The notes beneath the pieces are model-generated. The model saw only the letters and a list, made by a program, of their open reading frames with translations, was not told the DNA's origin and searched no databases. A DNA stretch of 64,000 nt from Octopus bimaculoides. Its lineage: Eukaryota. The position numbers and the translations under genes were made by a program. Of the stretch, positions 1-14,856 are shown in pieces. Position 1 is the first letter of the stretch. Every line of letters starts with the position of its first letter. The stretch lies in contig NC_069003.1 in assembly GCF_001194135.2 (NCBI RefSeq), forward strand, positions 34,310,228-34,374,227, in the 5' to 3' direction.

Positions 1-445
1 CCTGCACATATCCGGTCAGTGTCCAAACCTTGCTGACTTGTGGAGGTTTATTGAACTAATGGCACGTGTGGACTGATTTGGCTATTGGCCCTGAGTCATT
101 CCTCTGCCTGCAAAAGTGTATTCATCTGTTTGGTGGCTAGGACAAAAGAGCTGTAGTAGATATAGCTAAAAGCAATGAGGACAGGCACTTTCAACCAAAC
201 CCTCATTGAGATTTTCAAAGTCTCAGCCAAGACCCAGTGATTCTACTTGCTGTAATCTAACTCGAATCTGAAAGGTTGAATTTACAAAGGTTTATTAGAA
301 TTTGTTACAAATTTCCAAATTCAGAATAATCCATATAGCATAGACTATACTCGACTCACACTCACGCTATTTACTCTCTCTCGCTTTCAGATTTTGTTTC
401 CATAGAAACTTATTTGACTGAAATTATTTTGGAATTTTATTTCAG

Positions 446-3400
446 GACCAACTGGTCAGGTTCCTTCTGCCACCCAGGAATTAGCCACAGACTTGTCATC
501 CAACAGTTTGAATGCCGAACCACCTCTGATGGAACAGAATGCGGTTAGCCTTGCTCCAATGGTAAGGAACTGATTTAACTCCTTAGTATTTAAACCGGCC
601 ATGTCTGGCCCAAATATTCTACTTGTTTTTATGGTTCAAACTGGCTAGATCCAGCTTCTCAATGCTTACCTGTCAATATCATTCTAAAAATAAACAATTA
701 CATCAAAATCTCAGTTTTGTAATAATACATGATTTTTGTCTTGCAAGTTGCTTGGTGACCCTGTCAGTGCAGGTGCCACTTAAAAAGCATCCAGTCCACA
801 CTGTAAAGTAGTTGGCGTTCGGAAGGGCATCCAGCTGTCAAAACCTTGCCAAAACTAACCTCGCCTGTGCTAGTGCCATGTAAAAAGCACTCAGTATGGG
901 TTGTATCCTTTCAGTCGCTAAATACAGAACATGGCTCGTGAGACCTCCATTCAGGTGATTTTCCTAAGTCACCGTTTCACCTTTGTACACCAATTTGTCA
1001 CAAGGTTCCCCATTAACAGCTGACTGGACTAGAGCAACATGAAATGAAGTGCTTTGCTCAAGAACACGATGTGCTGAACAGTCTGGGAATCGAACCCAAG
1101 ATCTAGCGATTGTGAGTGCAACATCCTAACCACTGCACCACAAACCTTCAATAACCATATTAGTTTCAAACTGTACCGGCTGCTATTTCTAGCAGGTAGA
1201 ACAGCTCTATAGATGTTCCTGCATTGTTTCAGTATAATAGAGGGACTTTAAGGTGAAATCTGTTTCACAGCTGCCATTCTGTTAAAAACATTTGTCCACC
1301 ATTTAATATTCATTTAATGTTTGTAAATTTTCTTTTGTAGCCTGTTCCTGATGTCCCCGAGAAAGATGCAAGTGAACCTGGGAAAGAACAGAAACCAGTT
1401 GCTGATGACCAAGGGCAGAAGCCATTGCTTCCCAAGTCGGCCATTCTGCGCCTGTTGTCAGAAATTGTGAAATCCTACAGTGCATGCACTCAGTTGATAA
1501 CAGAACACAAGTACACTGCTGGTCAAAGTGAACTTATTACTGAGGTGAGTCTTCAAACAATTGGATTTACTCAGAGATTTTATTTTACTGAAATTATTCA
1601 GGCACTGGTGGCAAATCTTCGCTATTTCTGGTCTGTTGCCTCTTTGGGATTAGACTACTGTCTTGTTGAACGCTTAATCATTTGATACAAGTGCTTAGTT
1701 CTAACAAGGTGGACGTAGACAGTTCCAAGCACCTGTTGATATAATACTTAGCTGAGGGGTTTGGTCTACTGCAACTTCAGGTTTTTGCTTTATGAGAAAA
1801 CTTTGAAAGGCCATAAACTGTGTGTGTCACTGTACCAACTAGACTAACAGATGTTGTGGCCAGCATTCCTCCCTTCCGAACAGAAAACCAGTTCATTGCA
1901 TGGCTTCCCGTCCACAATTGAGTGGAGGAGAGCAGTGTGAAATGAAGTGTTTGTGCTGTAGAACCCAGTGCTTTGCCAACCTGGGAATCAAAACTGACCT
2001 TGCAATTCCGAGTGCAACACCCTAACCACCAGGCTACCCACATAAGCACAGATTAACAAGTTACTAGTTAATTGGTTGGCTTAGTGAAAAAAAGTTACAT
2101 GTAGTATTTAAACTGTTTAACTTACTCTCTTGTCTAACCATGAGAGACGCTGTGAATTTGTGGTCAATCCATTGGAACCCAAGACTATTGTTTCACCAAA
2201 TGGAGGATAGAAATTAAATAAAATAGCTGATGAGTTGGAATTTTATTGAAGACAACGTTGATGGTTAAAATATGTGTTAACAAGTCAGGTTTCTTGTTTT
2301 TGTAATGCAAGATTTTTCTCAAATTTTATTAGCGTTTTTTTTTTTTAATTTCTTCACCCATTTGTTGACTCTTCAAAAGCTTCATTCTTGTGCATTTGTG
2401 AAGAAGAAATTTGTTTTTCCAAAACTTGGGAGACTGATTAAAAACTTTCTGTGTCTCTCTGTCTCTCTGTCTCTCCCTCTTTCTGTCTCTGTCTCTCTCT
2501 CTTTTGGAAAATTTTTCACTTGTTTAAATAATGAATTTCTAAAACTCTTTCAGAATTGCAACATGTTGGCGTTTGTTCTTGACCAGTTGTTACCCCCCTG
2601 CCAAACATCTGGAGACCGTGACTGTCCAGCATTATCAAGGGTTTTAATTGCCAGCATTGCCTCATGCAATCATTGCCCTGACGCTCAGACCCAGTTAGCT
2701 ATTGAAGTAAAAGCAGCCTTGCAGAGGGCTCTGAATCTTCCTGAAAGTTCCGAGAAACACTTTCGTATTCAAGCCTTAACAGGCATTATCAGCACAATGA
2801 TTGAATCTTGCCCTACACCTGGTCAGGTACCAAATCAAGTATTTAAAGGTCAGCAAAACCTCATGAATGTTGTGGTGAAGACGTTGATTAAACGAGGTTT
2901 AGTGAACGACCTTGCCCGCGTACCGCACAGCCTTGACCTCTCCAGCCCTTACATGGCATCCACCATCAATGCCACATTGAAACCTTTGGAAACATTGTCT
3001 AGAATTGTGAACCAGCCACAGGCACTTTCTACTAAATCTAGATCTAAAAACCAGGGAATTAGCCGAGAAGTAAATTCCTTTGTAGAAACACTTGCTAACA
3101 ATGTGGAGGGTAAGTAGTAACCTTTGCATGTGAATACGTCTCTCTTTTGAACTCCTTATTGTGAATATTGCAACATATTTAGTTTATTTATATATATATA
3201 TTTTTTTTGTGATATATATCATCATCATCATCGTTTAATGTTTTACATGCTGGCATGGGTTGGACGGTTTGACATGAAGCTGTCCAGACTCCAACTGTCT
3301 GTTGAAGTATGGTTTCTATGGCTGGATGCCCTTCCTAGCACCAATCACTTAAGTGTGGTGGGTGATTTTTACGTGCCAATGGCATGGGTGTGTTTACACC

Positions 3401-5992
3401 ACACTGGCACAGGTGCTTTTTATGTGGCACTGGCATCTGAAAGGACAAACCTGTATGTGTAGAAGACTGATTTTTTACTTAGCTTGGTGTGTCCTATCCT
3501 GCTTTTGGTTTTTATTGGGAAAATTTAGTTCCTGTGGCTTCAACTGATTCATGCAATCATTTGGAAAGTAGATGGCAAAATTATGAAGACAATGATGATG
3601 CTGACAGCAGGCTTATGTCATATTCCTGCACCAATGTCTGGAAATTTGCATTTTTTTTTTTTTTAAAGCATTTAAGATAATTGTTTACCGATTGTAAAAG
3701 TTGATTTCAAAACAAATGGCAACACGATTTTGTTTCCTGTGATGCTAGAAAATTACTGGTTCTGTTGTCTTTTGATATTTATTTATTTATTTAGAATTTC
3801 TGACCTGCTTTCTGCATTTGATATATGGCAGTGCCAATGTCTTTTGGTTTTTCTCAATGGCTGTAATAGTGAAATAGGCTTTTTTGGTTCCCTTTTAGGA
3901 GGAGATAATCAACAAAATTCTAGTACTTTAGAATTGGAAGATGCAGCTGCAGACCAATCGGATATCATCACAGAATCAACCGTTACTGCTGCCGAGTCTG
4001 TTGATAGTGAGCTACAGGTAAATCAAATTGTGTGTGTGTGTCTTCATGAGAAGCTGATTCACTTTGTTGTAACTGCAGCTTTCTGAAGTTTGTGTATATA
4101 TATATGGAGTCATAACTCACTTGAAGAACTATATATATAGTCTAGTACATGTGTTGAGTACTTTTTCTTTGTTTCTGTATGCAAACACAAAACTTGTGTG
4201 AATTATTATTAAATTACCACTGTGGAAATCAGATATATCCACTCAAAACTTCACTGCCCTTAACTACAGATAATAGTTTTGTATACGAAGCAATTCTTTA
4301 TTGAAGAATATCATCTTGAAACTATTTCTAATTAAAAATGTCTAGTTTATTGAGGCAATCACTGCTTGTTGTCAGTCACAAAGTAATCAACAAAACATTG
4401 GTATATCTGGAGCAGTGAGTGAATCTATGGACCATAGCTAGCCATTTACTGTAATACCTAATGTGATAGATTTGTTCAGTGTCGACCTGGATTTAAACTG
4501 CTTTCCATGTAATTTCTCAGAAATATTTTTTAAAAAATTGAGTATATTTATGTTTAATATTTTCTCAATGTTATGTTGTTTTATATTGTCATAAGTCTCT
4601 TCCAGTCAATTTTTACAGGTCTTTCAAAATGATTTATAACACAAACAGTGAAGAATTTGTTTTTTTTTTCTTTTTCTTTTTCAATTTTTAAATAATGTAA
4701 TCTTATTTTTCTTGTCTAATTATTTCCTTCTGATTTATCATTGACCAAAGTACCTTCTCTGGATCACTCTAGTATACCTGACTGTTATTATAGGTACTAT
4801 CTCATCTACTTTATAAAATTAGAGCTGTTTACTGACCATTAAAAGCTTTTTGGGACTTTGATGTCTTCATTAGCAATTGCTACCTTAATGACTGTTTTAA
4901 AAAACTGTTACTATTCAGCCTTCTTAAAATTATATCACCCACGGGTGCCAGTCGTCGGATTCGGTTCGATTTCAGATTTCAAATTCCAAATTCACTTGCC
5001 TCAACAGGTCTTCGCAAGCAGGGTTTTTAGTGTCCAATGAAGTAAAGATACGGATTAGTGAGCTGGCTACACTTCTGGCAGAGATCATAGATTATGCTCT
5101 CACTTGCCTTGCCGAGTCTTCTCACGTACTGCATATATATATATATATATATATATTCACACACACACGCACAAAACTTCTTTCAGTTTCCCTGTCTCAA
5201 ATTCACTCACAGGGTTTCGGTTGGCCTGAGGTCACAGTAGAAGATATTTGATCAGGTTACCAGACAGTGGGGCTGAACTCAAAACCACATGGTCACCAGT
5301 TGTTCTTGTGCCCAGTTTCTAACTAAGCTGAAACAGCAACACTAAAATTTATGCTTCAACAGCTTGCAATGTTATGCTTAATCTTTGGGTCTATGTATGT
5401 AGGTATATACATATATATCATCATTTAACGTCCATTTTTCATGCTGGCATGGGTTGGACGGTTTAACAGATGACTGGCTGAAGGGCATTTCAGGATCTAT
5501 GTTTTGGCATAGTTTCTGCAACTGGATACCCTTCCTAACACCAACCACTTTACAGAGTGTACTGGGTGCTTTTACCTCGATAATATATTCATCTAACCCA
5601 TGCAGTCAAGGAAAACTGTAAAAACAAATAGATTCAATGATGCAGACTTGGCCATCTGAAATCAACGTATCAAAATAGCTTTGGACAAAGGTTCTTCATG
5701 GCTGTTTGTCATGCATGTTAACAGATTAGTTATATCCTGTTTGCTTTGCTGTATGTAGTCAGTTTTAGCAATGAAGTTTCAGAGCCCACCCAAAGACATT
5801 AATATTTAGTTCTATAGATCCAATAATTTACGAAGATATTTGGTAGTTTTATTCATTGTCAGCTACATACATAAATTTACTGTAGAATTTGGAAATAATC
5901 TGTAAACATCTGTTAGATATTTTAAATAAATATTTGTTGCTCTCTCTTTCTCTTTCGCTCTCTTTCTTTCTCTTTCATGCTTTCTCTTTCTC

Positions 5993-6030
<38 letters not shown>

Positions 6031-6975
6031 CTGTTGGTTTATGAAATATTGTCTTTCTTCAGGCTCACAGTAACTTAGACCATGTAATAGACGAGTTATT
6101 TCAAAGGGATTCAGGTCGCGATCCTGAACAGCAAGTCATTAGTGAAATAATCATGGAAACAGGTAAGTGTTTCTTTTTCTGCCGAGAGGGAAGTTTAGGT
6201 GAATCTTTATTTAGTCAGTGTTTTATAAAAACTCTGTGCCATTGAACAATGGCCATTTCTATGGGGTTTCCATTGTAGTCGTCGGTGGGCTGGGCTAGCG
6301 GAGGGACTTGTAATTAGGCTAGGATTAGTAATGTTGGAGCTTGGCTTATGAGACCTGTTTCTGGAGTAACCTGCCTGTCTGTTTCAGCTGAAGAACCCTT
6401 GTCGGCTCACAATGATGACGAGTCTCCAGATGTTATTATTGATGTCGATGTTGAGCAGGAAGAAATAGACAGGCATGATTCTCAGATGATAAGTCAGGAG
6501 AGTTCTGAAGGTGAGGATGCTGAAAATAATGAAGGTTAGTCAAAAGCTTGGGTTAATTGTGTTTACCTTTGTAGCACGCCCCCCCCCCCGTTCCTCCCTA
6601 CTCACCCAATCAGCTTCCCCCCACTTTCCCCTCCCCTCCCACCTCNNNNNNNNNNNNNNNNNNNNNNNNNNNNNNNNNNNNNNNNNNNNNNNNNNNNNNN
6701 NNNNNNNNNNNNNNNNNNNNNNNNNNNNNNNNNNNNNNNNNNNNNNNNNNNNNNNNNNNNNNNNNNNNNNNNNNNNNNNNNNNNNNNNNNNNNNNNNNNN
6801 NNNNNNNNNNNNNNNNNNNNNNNNNNNNNNNNNNNNNNNNNNNNNNNNNNNNNNNNNNNNNNNNNNNNNNNNNNNNNNNNNNNNNNNNNNNNNNNNNNNN
6901 NNNNNNNNNNNNNNNNNNNNNNNNNNNNNNNNNNNNNNNNNNNNNNNNNNNNNNNNNNNNNNNNNNNNNNNNNNN

Positions 6976-7025
<50 letters not shown>

Positions 7026-10000
7026 GCTCATGCAGTAAAGAGTAAAGATTGAGGCTAATGATTCATCGCCATTTTGTTTCTCGCTATATAGGACTCTTAT
7101 GTACACATCCAATCACATACATATACATTTAAAAAAATTTTTCTACTTTGATTTTCGGTGTCGTTATGCCATTCAGCTGAATTTAATTAATTTAATTATA
7201 CATTTTCTGAAAAAAATAAGATGCATTTCCACAAGTTGCTTTGACAAAAGCCTCCTTTTGCTCAACTAACGGAAGAGAGGTATGTTAATTGTATTCAATC
7301 AGTCTTCTTCACCCGTGTACCTAGTGGACTGATGATGATGAGGAGGAGGATTCAGTGGCTTTGATTCAGCAACACAAAATTAACCAGGCTTGACTAAGAA
7401 TCATGGGTATCTTTTGGGTAGAACTGTCCTATATAGTGTATGTCTAGATAAATGGTAGTTTTTTTGTTTTTTTTTCTTCCCTACCTTTTTAGCTTGGATG
7501 CTTTTTGTTTAGTTGCTGCTTTAGAATGTCTAGTGTTATCTGCTACAGCATGACTTCCCATTCCAGTAATTTAGCAACATTTCAAACCCTAGAAACAGAT
7601 TAAAGAAAAAAAAAATGTTTTAGGTCTTGGTGCAGGATTTTCTCTTTCACTCTTTTCTAACTGTCCCCGTCTCCCCCTAACTTTAATCTCCCCTTTCTCT
7701 TCCTATCGGTCTTGCTTATTTTCTGTCTCCTAAAAATAAAATTTAATAAAAAAAATAAAACTTAAAAAGCTCCCCCCACCACATTAAGCCTTTATTCCAG
7801 TTTAAATGATAGCAACAAGTCTAACATTCTATGTAGATATTTTCTTAGAGTTCGTCAAACCAAATCCAATTAGTGGAACTGAGACATTAGTTGTTCAGTA
7901 GTAATTTCTATATTTTTGCATGATTTTTGGATTTAGACTTCTTACTTTCTCTCTCTCTCTCTCTCTCTCTCCCTCCCCCCTAACTGAAATATTATAATCC
8001 AATAATTGCTGAACACTCACTTTGCAGCTATAATAGACCTTTGCTTTTCTGAGAGATCTAGATATATATATTTTTTTTTCTACACACACACTCATTAGAT
8101 TTAACCCTTTAGCATTCGGATTACTCTGTCAAATGTAATGCTTACGTATTCACACTGTCTTGATTTAATCATGCATTATCTCGTAGCTTTGAGATTTTGA
8201 TGATGTGATTATTTTCAGAATGACATTGCAGGGTTGATGTGAAAGGTTGGATCTGGCCAGTTTGAACATAAAACAGGTAGAATATCTGGGCCAGATCTGG
8301 CTGGTTTAAATACTAAAGGGTTAACGTTCAACTATGATCACTGTTAACAACATACAGGAGTAAATAAGTTATTACAAGTATGTTGTTACACACGGGGTAC
8401 AGAGTATAATTGAATTAACACCAATATATTACTGGTATATATTTTCAGTGTCTGGAATGAAGTTTGATACTAAAAGGATTTGAACAAGGGACATGAAAAG
8501 ATGTGATTAATAAAAAAAATTATAATAATGATGATAATGGTTGTTATAGTAATTTTTCTACTATAAGAACAAGGCCAGAAATTTTGAGTGAGGGTGGGGG
8601 CTCGTCGATTACATTGACACCCTTCTGCCCCCCCNNNNNNNNNNNNAGTGCTCAACTGGTATTTTTTTTATCAACGCTGAAAGAATGAAAGGCAAAGTCA
8701 ACTCTAGTGAAATTTGAACTTGTGGCGTAAAGGGCCAAAAGTATTTCTGGCTCATTGCTTTAATAATAATAATAATAATAGAAATAATGATGATTCTTTC
8801 TACTCTAGGCACAAGGCCTGAAAAAATGTGTGGGAGGGGGTCTAATCGATTACATCAAACCCCAGTATTTAACGTATATATGTTATGCATATTAGAAGGC
8901 CCTAATTTATCCATAAGAAAAGGACGTTTCGAAAGAATGTATAATTTAAGGAATCCCTAGAAATAGATATTTAAATTAATGTGTTGGGTGTAATTGGGAC
9001 ATCTTAATTTCTTTTGTGTTTCTAAAGTAATCCTTCATATTTGGCTGCTTTGTCCTTAATTACATATTTAGATTAACTGGTTTCATCAATGATTGGATTA
9101 ATTGATTGATTGATTAATTAATAATTTTTTTTTTTTTCCATTTTTATTTCAATAGATGTTCATGAAGAAGAAGGTTCCGAAGAGGAAAGTGGTTCAGGGG
9201 ATGAGGAAGGAGATGTCTGTGACAATGAAGACGATGAAGAGCATGAAGATGAGGAAGATGAGGATGAGGTAACTAGTAGTTTTATATAACGACTGCCTTC
9301 TTTCTCTGTTGTTCTCTTGTCTGTCTGTTTGTCAGTTGTTGACGGATGTTATTGTACATGAAGTTCAGTATGGTTGAAGTGTTAAGTTGTTTACTTTCAT
9401 TTTTTACGTTTTATAGAAGAAAGTAATTCAACAACGCGGGTTGATGAACCGTAAGACGTGTGCCCAGAACCTCCTGGAAAATAACCATAGCGAGGGACAT
9501 TCCACAGTTGAATTAGAACAGTCACAAACAGTGAAAAAAGACATGCACCCAACACCAGAGCTGAAGACACCTCCGAAAGGAGGGGCCCCGCCACATCAAA
9601 ACGGTAGAGGAGTAGGGGCCGAAACCGGACGTGGTTCCTCCTGATGATGTCTTGAGCTAACTGGATCCTATAAAGGAGCTGTTGTGGTAGCAGACCACGA
9701 AACATGGTTGAAATTCCCTCTCTTTTGACACAGGCTGAAATGATTGCTCATTTTATGGTTAAGTTTAGGGTAGCATCTGCATCAGATGACAAAGCTATGT
9801 ATGTCCTGACCAATTTACACACGGCTTTGTGAAAAAACCTCCCTCCACCGGATTTAAGGTGAATGGATGAATCATTGCCCCTGGATGAAATGTAAATAAG
9901 GCAAATGTGGTGTGTGGTTCATTAATAGACAAACTGAATGCATGGGGTTATCAGTTAACATTATCAGCAATGAAACCAATTGATGACAAAAATAGGAATG

Positions 10001-13000
10001 AATTCAAGTAAGCTCTGGTGTTGGTGCCACATAAAAAGCACTCATTACACTCTGTAAAGTGACAGTGTTAGGAAGGGCACCCAGCTGTAGAAACTGTGTC
10101 AAAGCAGACAGGGGACCCTGGTGCAGCAGCTTGCTTGGCTCTTGTCAAACTAACGCATTCCAGCATGAAAGATGGATGTTGAATGATGATGAGGAAAATA
10201 CCAAAGTGCTAGAAAAACAAAAAGCAATGAAATAATGGCTGTGAATTTCAATAGAAATATGGTAACAAAAAGGTTAAAAAGTTTGAATTAAAGGAAAATA
10301 TAAATTGCAAAACAAGAAATAAAAATACCAATTGTAAACTAATCTTTTAATGACACTCAGTGGGGGGTCTGAATATAAGTATAATCCTATGTAATAAACA
10401 AAAGTACTTATGCTAATTCCAAACTCTCAGAATCTGAACTTAAAGATAGGCTCCCTTTCCTTGAATTATAGAGTGTTCTTTTGCCATGTTGTTTTCCAGG
10501 GTTCTGAGTGTATGATGGAAGCTGATGACGAAGATGAAGATGATGACTACCAGGAAGTGGATAGTTCAATGGCCCAGGCTGTTGACGACGACTATCTTCT
10601 CCGTGTGGATGATGTGTTCTCAACAGGTGTGTTGAACTTCACTCTTTCTCTTCAACATAATATATCAATTCTATTACATTATTATTATTTTTTATTGTTG
10701 TTGTTATTGTTATTCTACTGCATTATTATTATTGTTACTACTACTACTACTACTACTACTACTACAACAATTTTCGCTATATTAACTCTGGCCACAACTG
10801 AACTTGTAGTCTGGTTTCAGTCCATGTCTAAAACTGCTTGATTCATGCTCTCAGCCATTGATGTTCTTATGCAAAGGCATGAACATCAAAACCTCCTCAC
10901 TTTCTATATATATTTTTGAGCCATCATGTTTACCCTGTGTTTGTATAACTCGTTTTCTTATTGACTTATTTCAAATGTTTTAATCACGTTTTTTTAGACC
11001 ATTTAAATGTTTCAATGAAAATAGATCTTCCACAAGATGGTGGAGAGGGCTGAAACAGTTTGATTACTGGACTGAGTATATAATAATAATAATGATGATG
11101 ATGATGTTCAATTTCGTCCCCACACTACACGGTTGCCGTCCTTCTGAGTGGGAATGAATAAGTATCAAAACTCACTGATGATACTGTTGTCTTTCTCTCC
11201 CTTCTACAAACTTCTCAAAACATATTTACAATCTATTATTGCATTAAAACAAGTTTAGGTAATTAATAATTTTAGTTAAGCTAATAAATCCAACAGTATG
11301 TTTGCTTATTTTTGATTTCTCACTAGTGATCCACAGGAACTATAGTAATCAAATCTTTTCAGGCCAGCATGTTGTTTTTAATGATAATTCCAGTTTTCGT
11401 ACTTATCATTTGCCATTCTCTCTCCATGAAGACAATGGTAATGAAACATCAGGTAAGTCAACAAATATCTCATTAACGGTCTTTAAGTGATGTTGTTGTT
11501 ATGAATGAGATGGTTCCTTTGATTTTTAATGTGTAGGGCAGCTAATTGTATTTAAAAGCATAGGAGTTTGTAGAACCTGTTTGGTGTGAGCTGCGTATGA
11601 TGTAATCATGTAAGTTATTACTGTAACTGGTATTCGGTCGGTTACGACGTCGAGGGTTCCATTTGGTCCGATCAATGGAACAGCCTGCTTGTGAAATTAA
11701 CATGAAAGTGGCTGAGCATTCCACAGACATGTGCACCCTTGACATAGTTCTCAGGGAGATTCAGCATGACACAGGATGTTTTAGGCACATGGGCCACCGA
11801 TTGCCCATTATTGCTATAAACACTACAATACTTATTTCAAATACCATCTGAGTTTATTAGTATCCCTGATGGATGTTTTGAAATAGCTGATTGAATTGAA
11901 TATATTTCCCTCTCTTGGGAAAACCAGCTTTGTGTCCCTGAAAGAATCCATTTAATATTAGAGCCTGTTTTGCAGCGGGAACCCTTTCCTGGTATTAACT
12001 TTGTTACAGGATGACACTGATATTTGAGTGTTATGGATTATAGTACTCCATGTCATAGTAATATGATGACAGATCTCTTTTCACATCTAATACCATTGCG
12101 AGTGGTTGTCCATTGGTGTGATAACAATATACTACAGATTATGTCACAAGTGGAGTGGTACCATGACAATGGTTCTAGTCTCATTGCAAGACAATGTTTT
12201 GAAAGACTTTGATTCTGATTTCCAATTTTGGAAATAGTTTTGGTTTTTAGCAAAAAAATGTCATAATACGAAGGGCATCTATTAGCAGACGACCTTCTCA
12301 TATGACACTGTTACACCATATTTGGTTTTAAAGTAAACAATGTTGAATATCATTTTACATGGTTATATCACACTAAGCTATCATTTATTCAGTGTTACTC
12401 TTTCCTGGCCTTCTTTTTGTATTCATATATAACCTTAATATTGGCTCCTGCTACTTAGTTCTCCGTATTAAGTATTGTTTCCAAATAGAATAGATTCAAA
12501 ATCAGCGTTTATTCCTTTGTTACACATCATAAGTAAACAGCTTGAAGGCAGCTCTTTGTGCGTGCGTGTGTGTGTGTGTGTGTAAATAAATCTGCTTTTC
12601 TTTTTTTTTTATTATATTTTCCTCCTGCATAAAATATTTAAATTAATTAACATTTGATGTTTATTGACATAACCCTTTAGCATTTGAACCTGCCATGTCT
12701 GGCCCAAATATTTTGTCTATTTTATATTAAAACCTTGCACCTACTTTTTTTACAATGTTATTCGAAAAATAAACAATCACATCATTGTAATTTTGAAGCT
12801 ACAAGATAATGCATGATTAATTTTAAAACAATATGAATAAATAAGCATTACATTTGACAGTAACGTGAATGCTGAAGGGTTAAATGTTAATGTTTCTGTT
12901 ACAATAGTGTACTTAATAATAATAAAGCAGTTATAATTTTTTTAAGGCATTGATTTAGTTTATAAAGATCAAAAAAAAAAAAAAAAACTTAAATTTGTTG

Positions 13001-14816
13001 TGTATACTTTACCTGTCTCCACCTGTCTGCACCTATCTGCTATTGTTGTTAATGAACTTGTGCTGTTTTTCAGTTCCTTCTTTGCCACCTGCTCCCAGTT
13101 CTGTGCCTACAACCCATCCACTTTTGGTCCGTAACCCTGAACCAGCTCCTGTGATGGGTGTGGCCCGCGTTCATCGTGGCAACAGGCAGCGTAATACATA
13201 TCGCTTTAACCCAAGCACCTCAACATTACAAGTTAATATCCACAGTGCTAACAACAGACAACCAAACACACCAGTTATATTACAAAGGTGAACTCTCTCT
13301 ATGACCATTATTTTTTCGATTTTGATGTTAGCAGGCCTAGAATAAGCTATTTCAGACATGACAACCCTGTCTTGTATTCAGACAATGTTTCAAACTATAT
13401 TATTCAATGTGTGTATTTTAAAGATAGTGTGTGATTTGAGGGAGAGGTTGTTGCAGAACCCTCATCTGTTGTTCATGACAGAAGTCCTCCCGCACACAAA
13501 AAAGTCAGTATAGACAATACATACATAGTCACATTCTCTCTCTCCTTCATTTTTCTTCTCACTAACGTTTTTTTTTTCTTCTTTTTCTAGATTACTAGGG
13601 CCAGACGTTCTACAGCTGACAACTGGTCAAGGAGCAGTCCCCTCACAGGCAAGAATGGTTTTAGCTAATGAAGATCACCTGCGGTTTGTTTCTTCACGCC
13701 AAGATGAAGATGTCTTTGATGAATTGTTTCAGGTATAGTTTTGGTTTGTCTTGTTCATTGGGTTCATCCTCGCTTCCAGATTCCTACAACATAAACCTCT
13801 GACCCCAACAATACTGACCACTAAATTCATGAGCTAAAACGTTATCCTTCTGCAATTGATTGCAATAATTAACTAACAATTAGTATATAGTTGTAATAAT
13901 TAATATATAATTGTAGCAATACAATTAATATACGATTGTAATCAATTAACATAGGACTGTAATTAGTGTACAATTAATTAAGCAAAAGCAGTGAATTGGC
14001 AAAGTTGGATAGAATGCCTTGTATTTATTCTGACTCCCTGTGCTCAGATCAAATCCCATAAAGGTTACTTTTCATCCTTTTGGGGTTGATATAAAAACAT
14101 GTGCCAATCCTTGTTGGTGGATTAGCAAAACTGTTGGGGGTTAGGGTTGATTGTTTTGTGGTATTTGTTCCAGCTGTTTGAGTTCTGACTGTAACAACTT
14201 GCTACGACACTGATTCAGCCGTGCTGTATCATTGCAAGTTGGTGGCCTCTTCTCTAGGATAAATATCTGTGGTGCAGAGAGAAAAGACTGAAAAGTATGG
14301 GCCATTGCTGGTCTTCATCACAAGTAAATTGGCCATGACCTATTCTGACATCACAGATGAATAGTCAACAACACTATATGAAAAAAAAAACCCCGTCCCT
14401 CCCTCAGTTAATCCACACCTTTTCAATTTATCTTTCTGATTCTCTCGATCTCTTGCAATTTGTATTATTAATGATGTAGCACTAAATGTTGTCATATTTT
14501 TGTATTTCATGTCTTCAGGATAATTACCCTGACAATAGCTCTGCTGGTCCCGGTGTCCTTTCTTGTATTCCCTCAACACTCACACGTTGGACTGAAGAAG
14601 CCAAGGTGCTTGATGGTGATAGTGTACATGATTGTGTGACCAGTAAGTTCATTCTGTACTTTTATTTCCAATGTGTATACACACACACCATTTGTGTGTA
14701 TTTTTGTTTTCTTTCTGTTTTTTTTTTTTATGGCTTAGATGAGGAAGAGCAGTCCTGTGCCTTGCAGTGGTACAGATTGTACAAAATTTATGCGACCTCA
14801 TAAAGACAATGTTAGG

Positions 14817-14856
<40 letters not shown>

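Noticed and set aside
2305-2553. N-terminal part of ORF 2305-3117 (and the 3' overhang of ORF 21360-22763) as coding
   Set aside because: These parts are intronic read-through of polypyrimidine or CT-repeat sequence. Homology and splice sites delimit exons 2554-3109 and 21346-22626.
7320-7395. Acidic exon-like stretch ([15 protein letters not shown]) in a HUWE1 intron
   Set aside because: In the required phase 1 it reads into TGA immediately, it has no convincing donor, and exons 6534 and 9156 already join in phase.
12060-12220. ATGATGA ... CTGA, possible C/D snoRNA
   Set aside because: The boxes are ~150 nt apart with no terminal stem or recognisable rRNA antisense element, so chance occurrence is likely.
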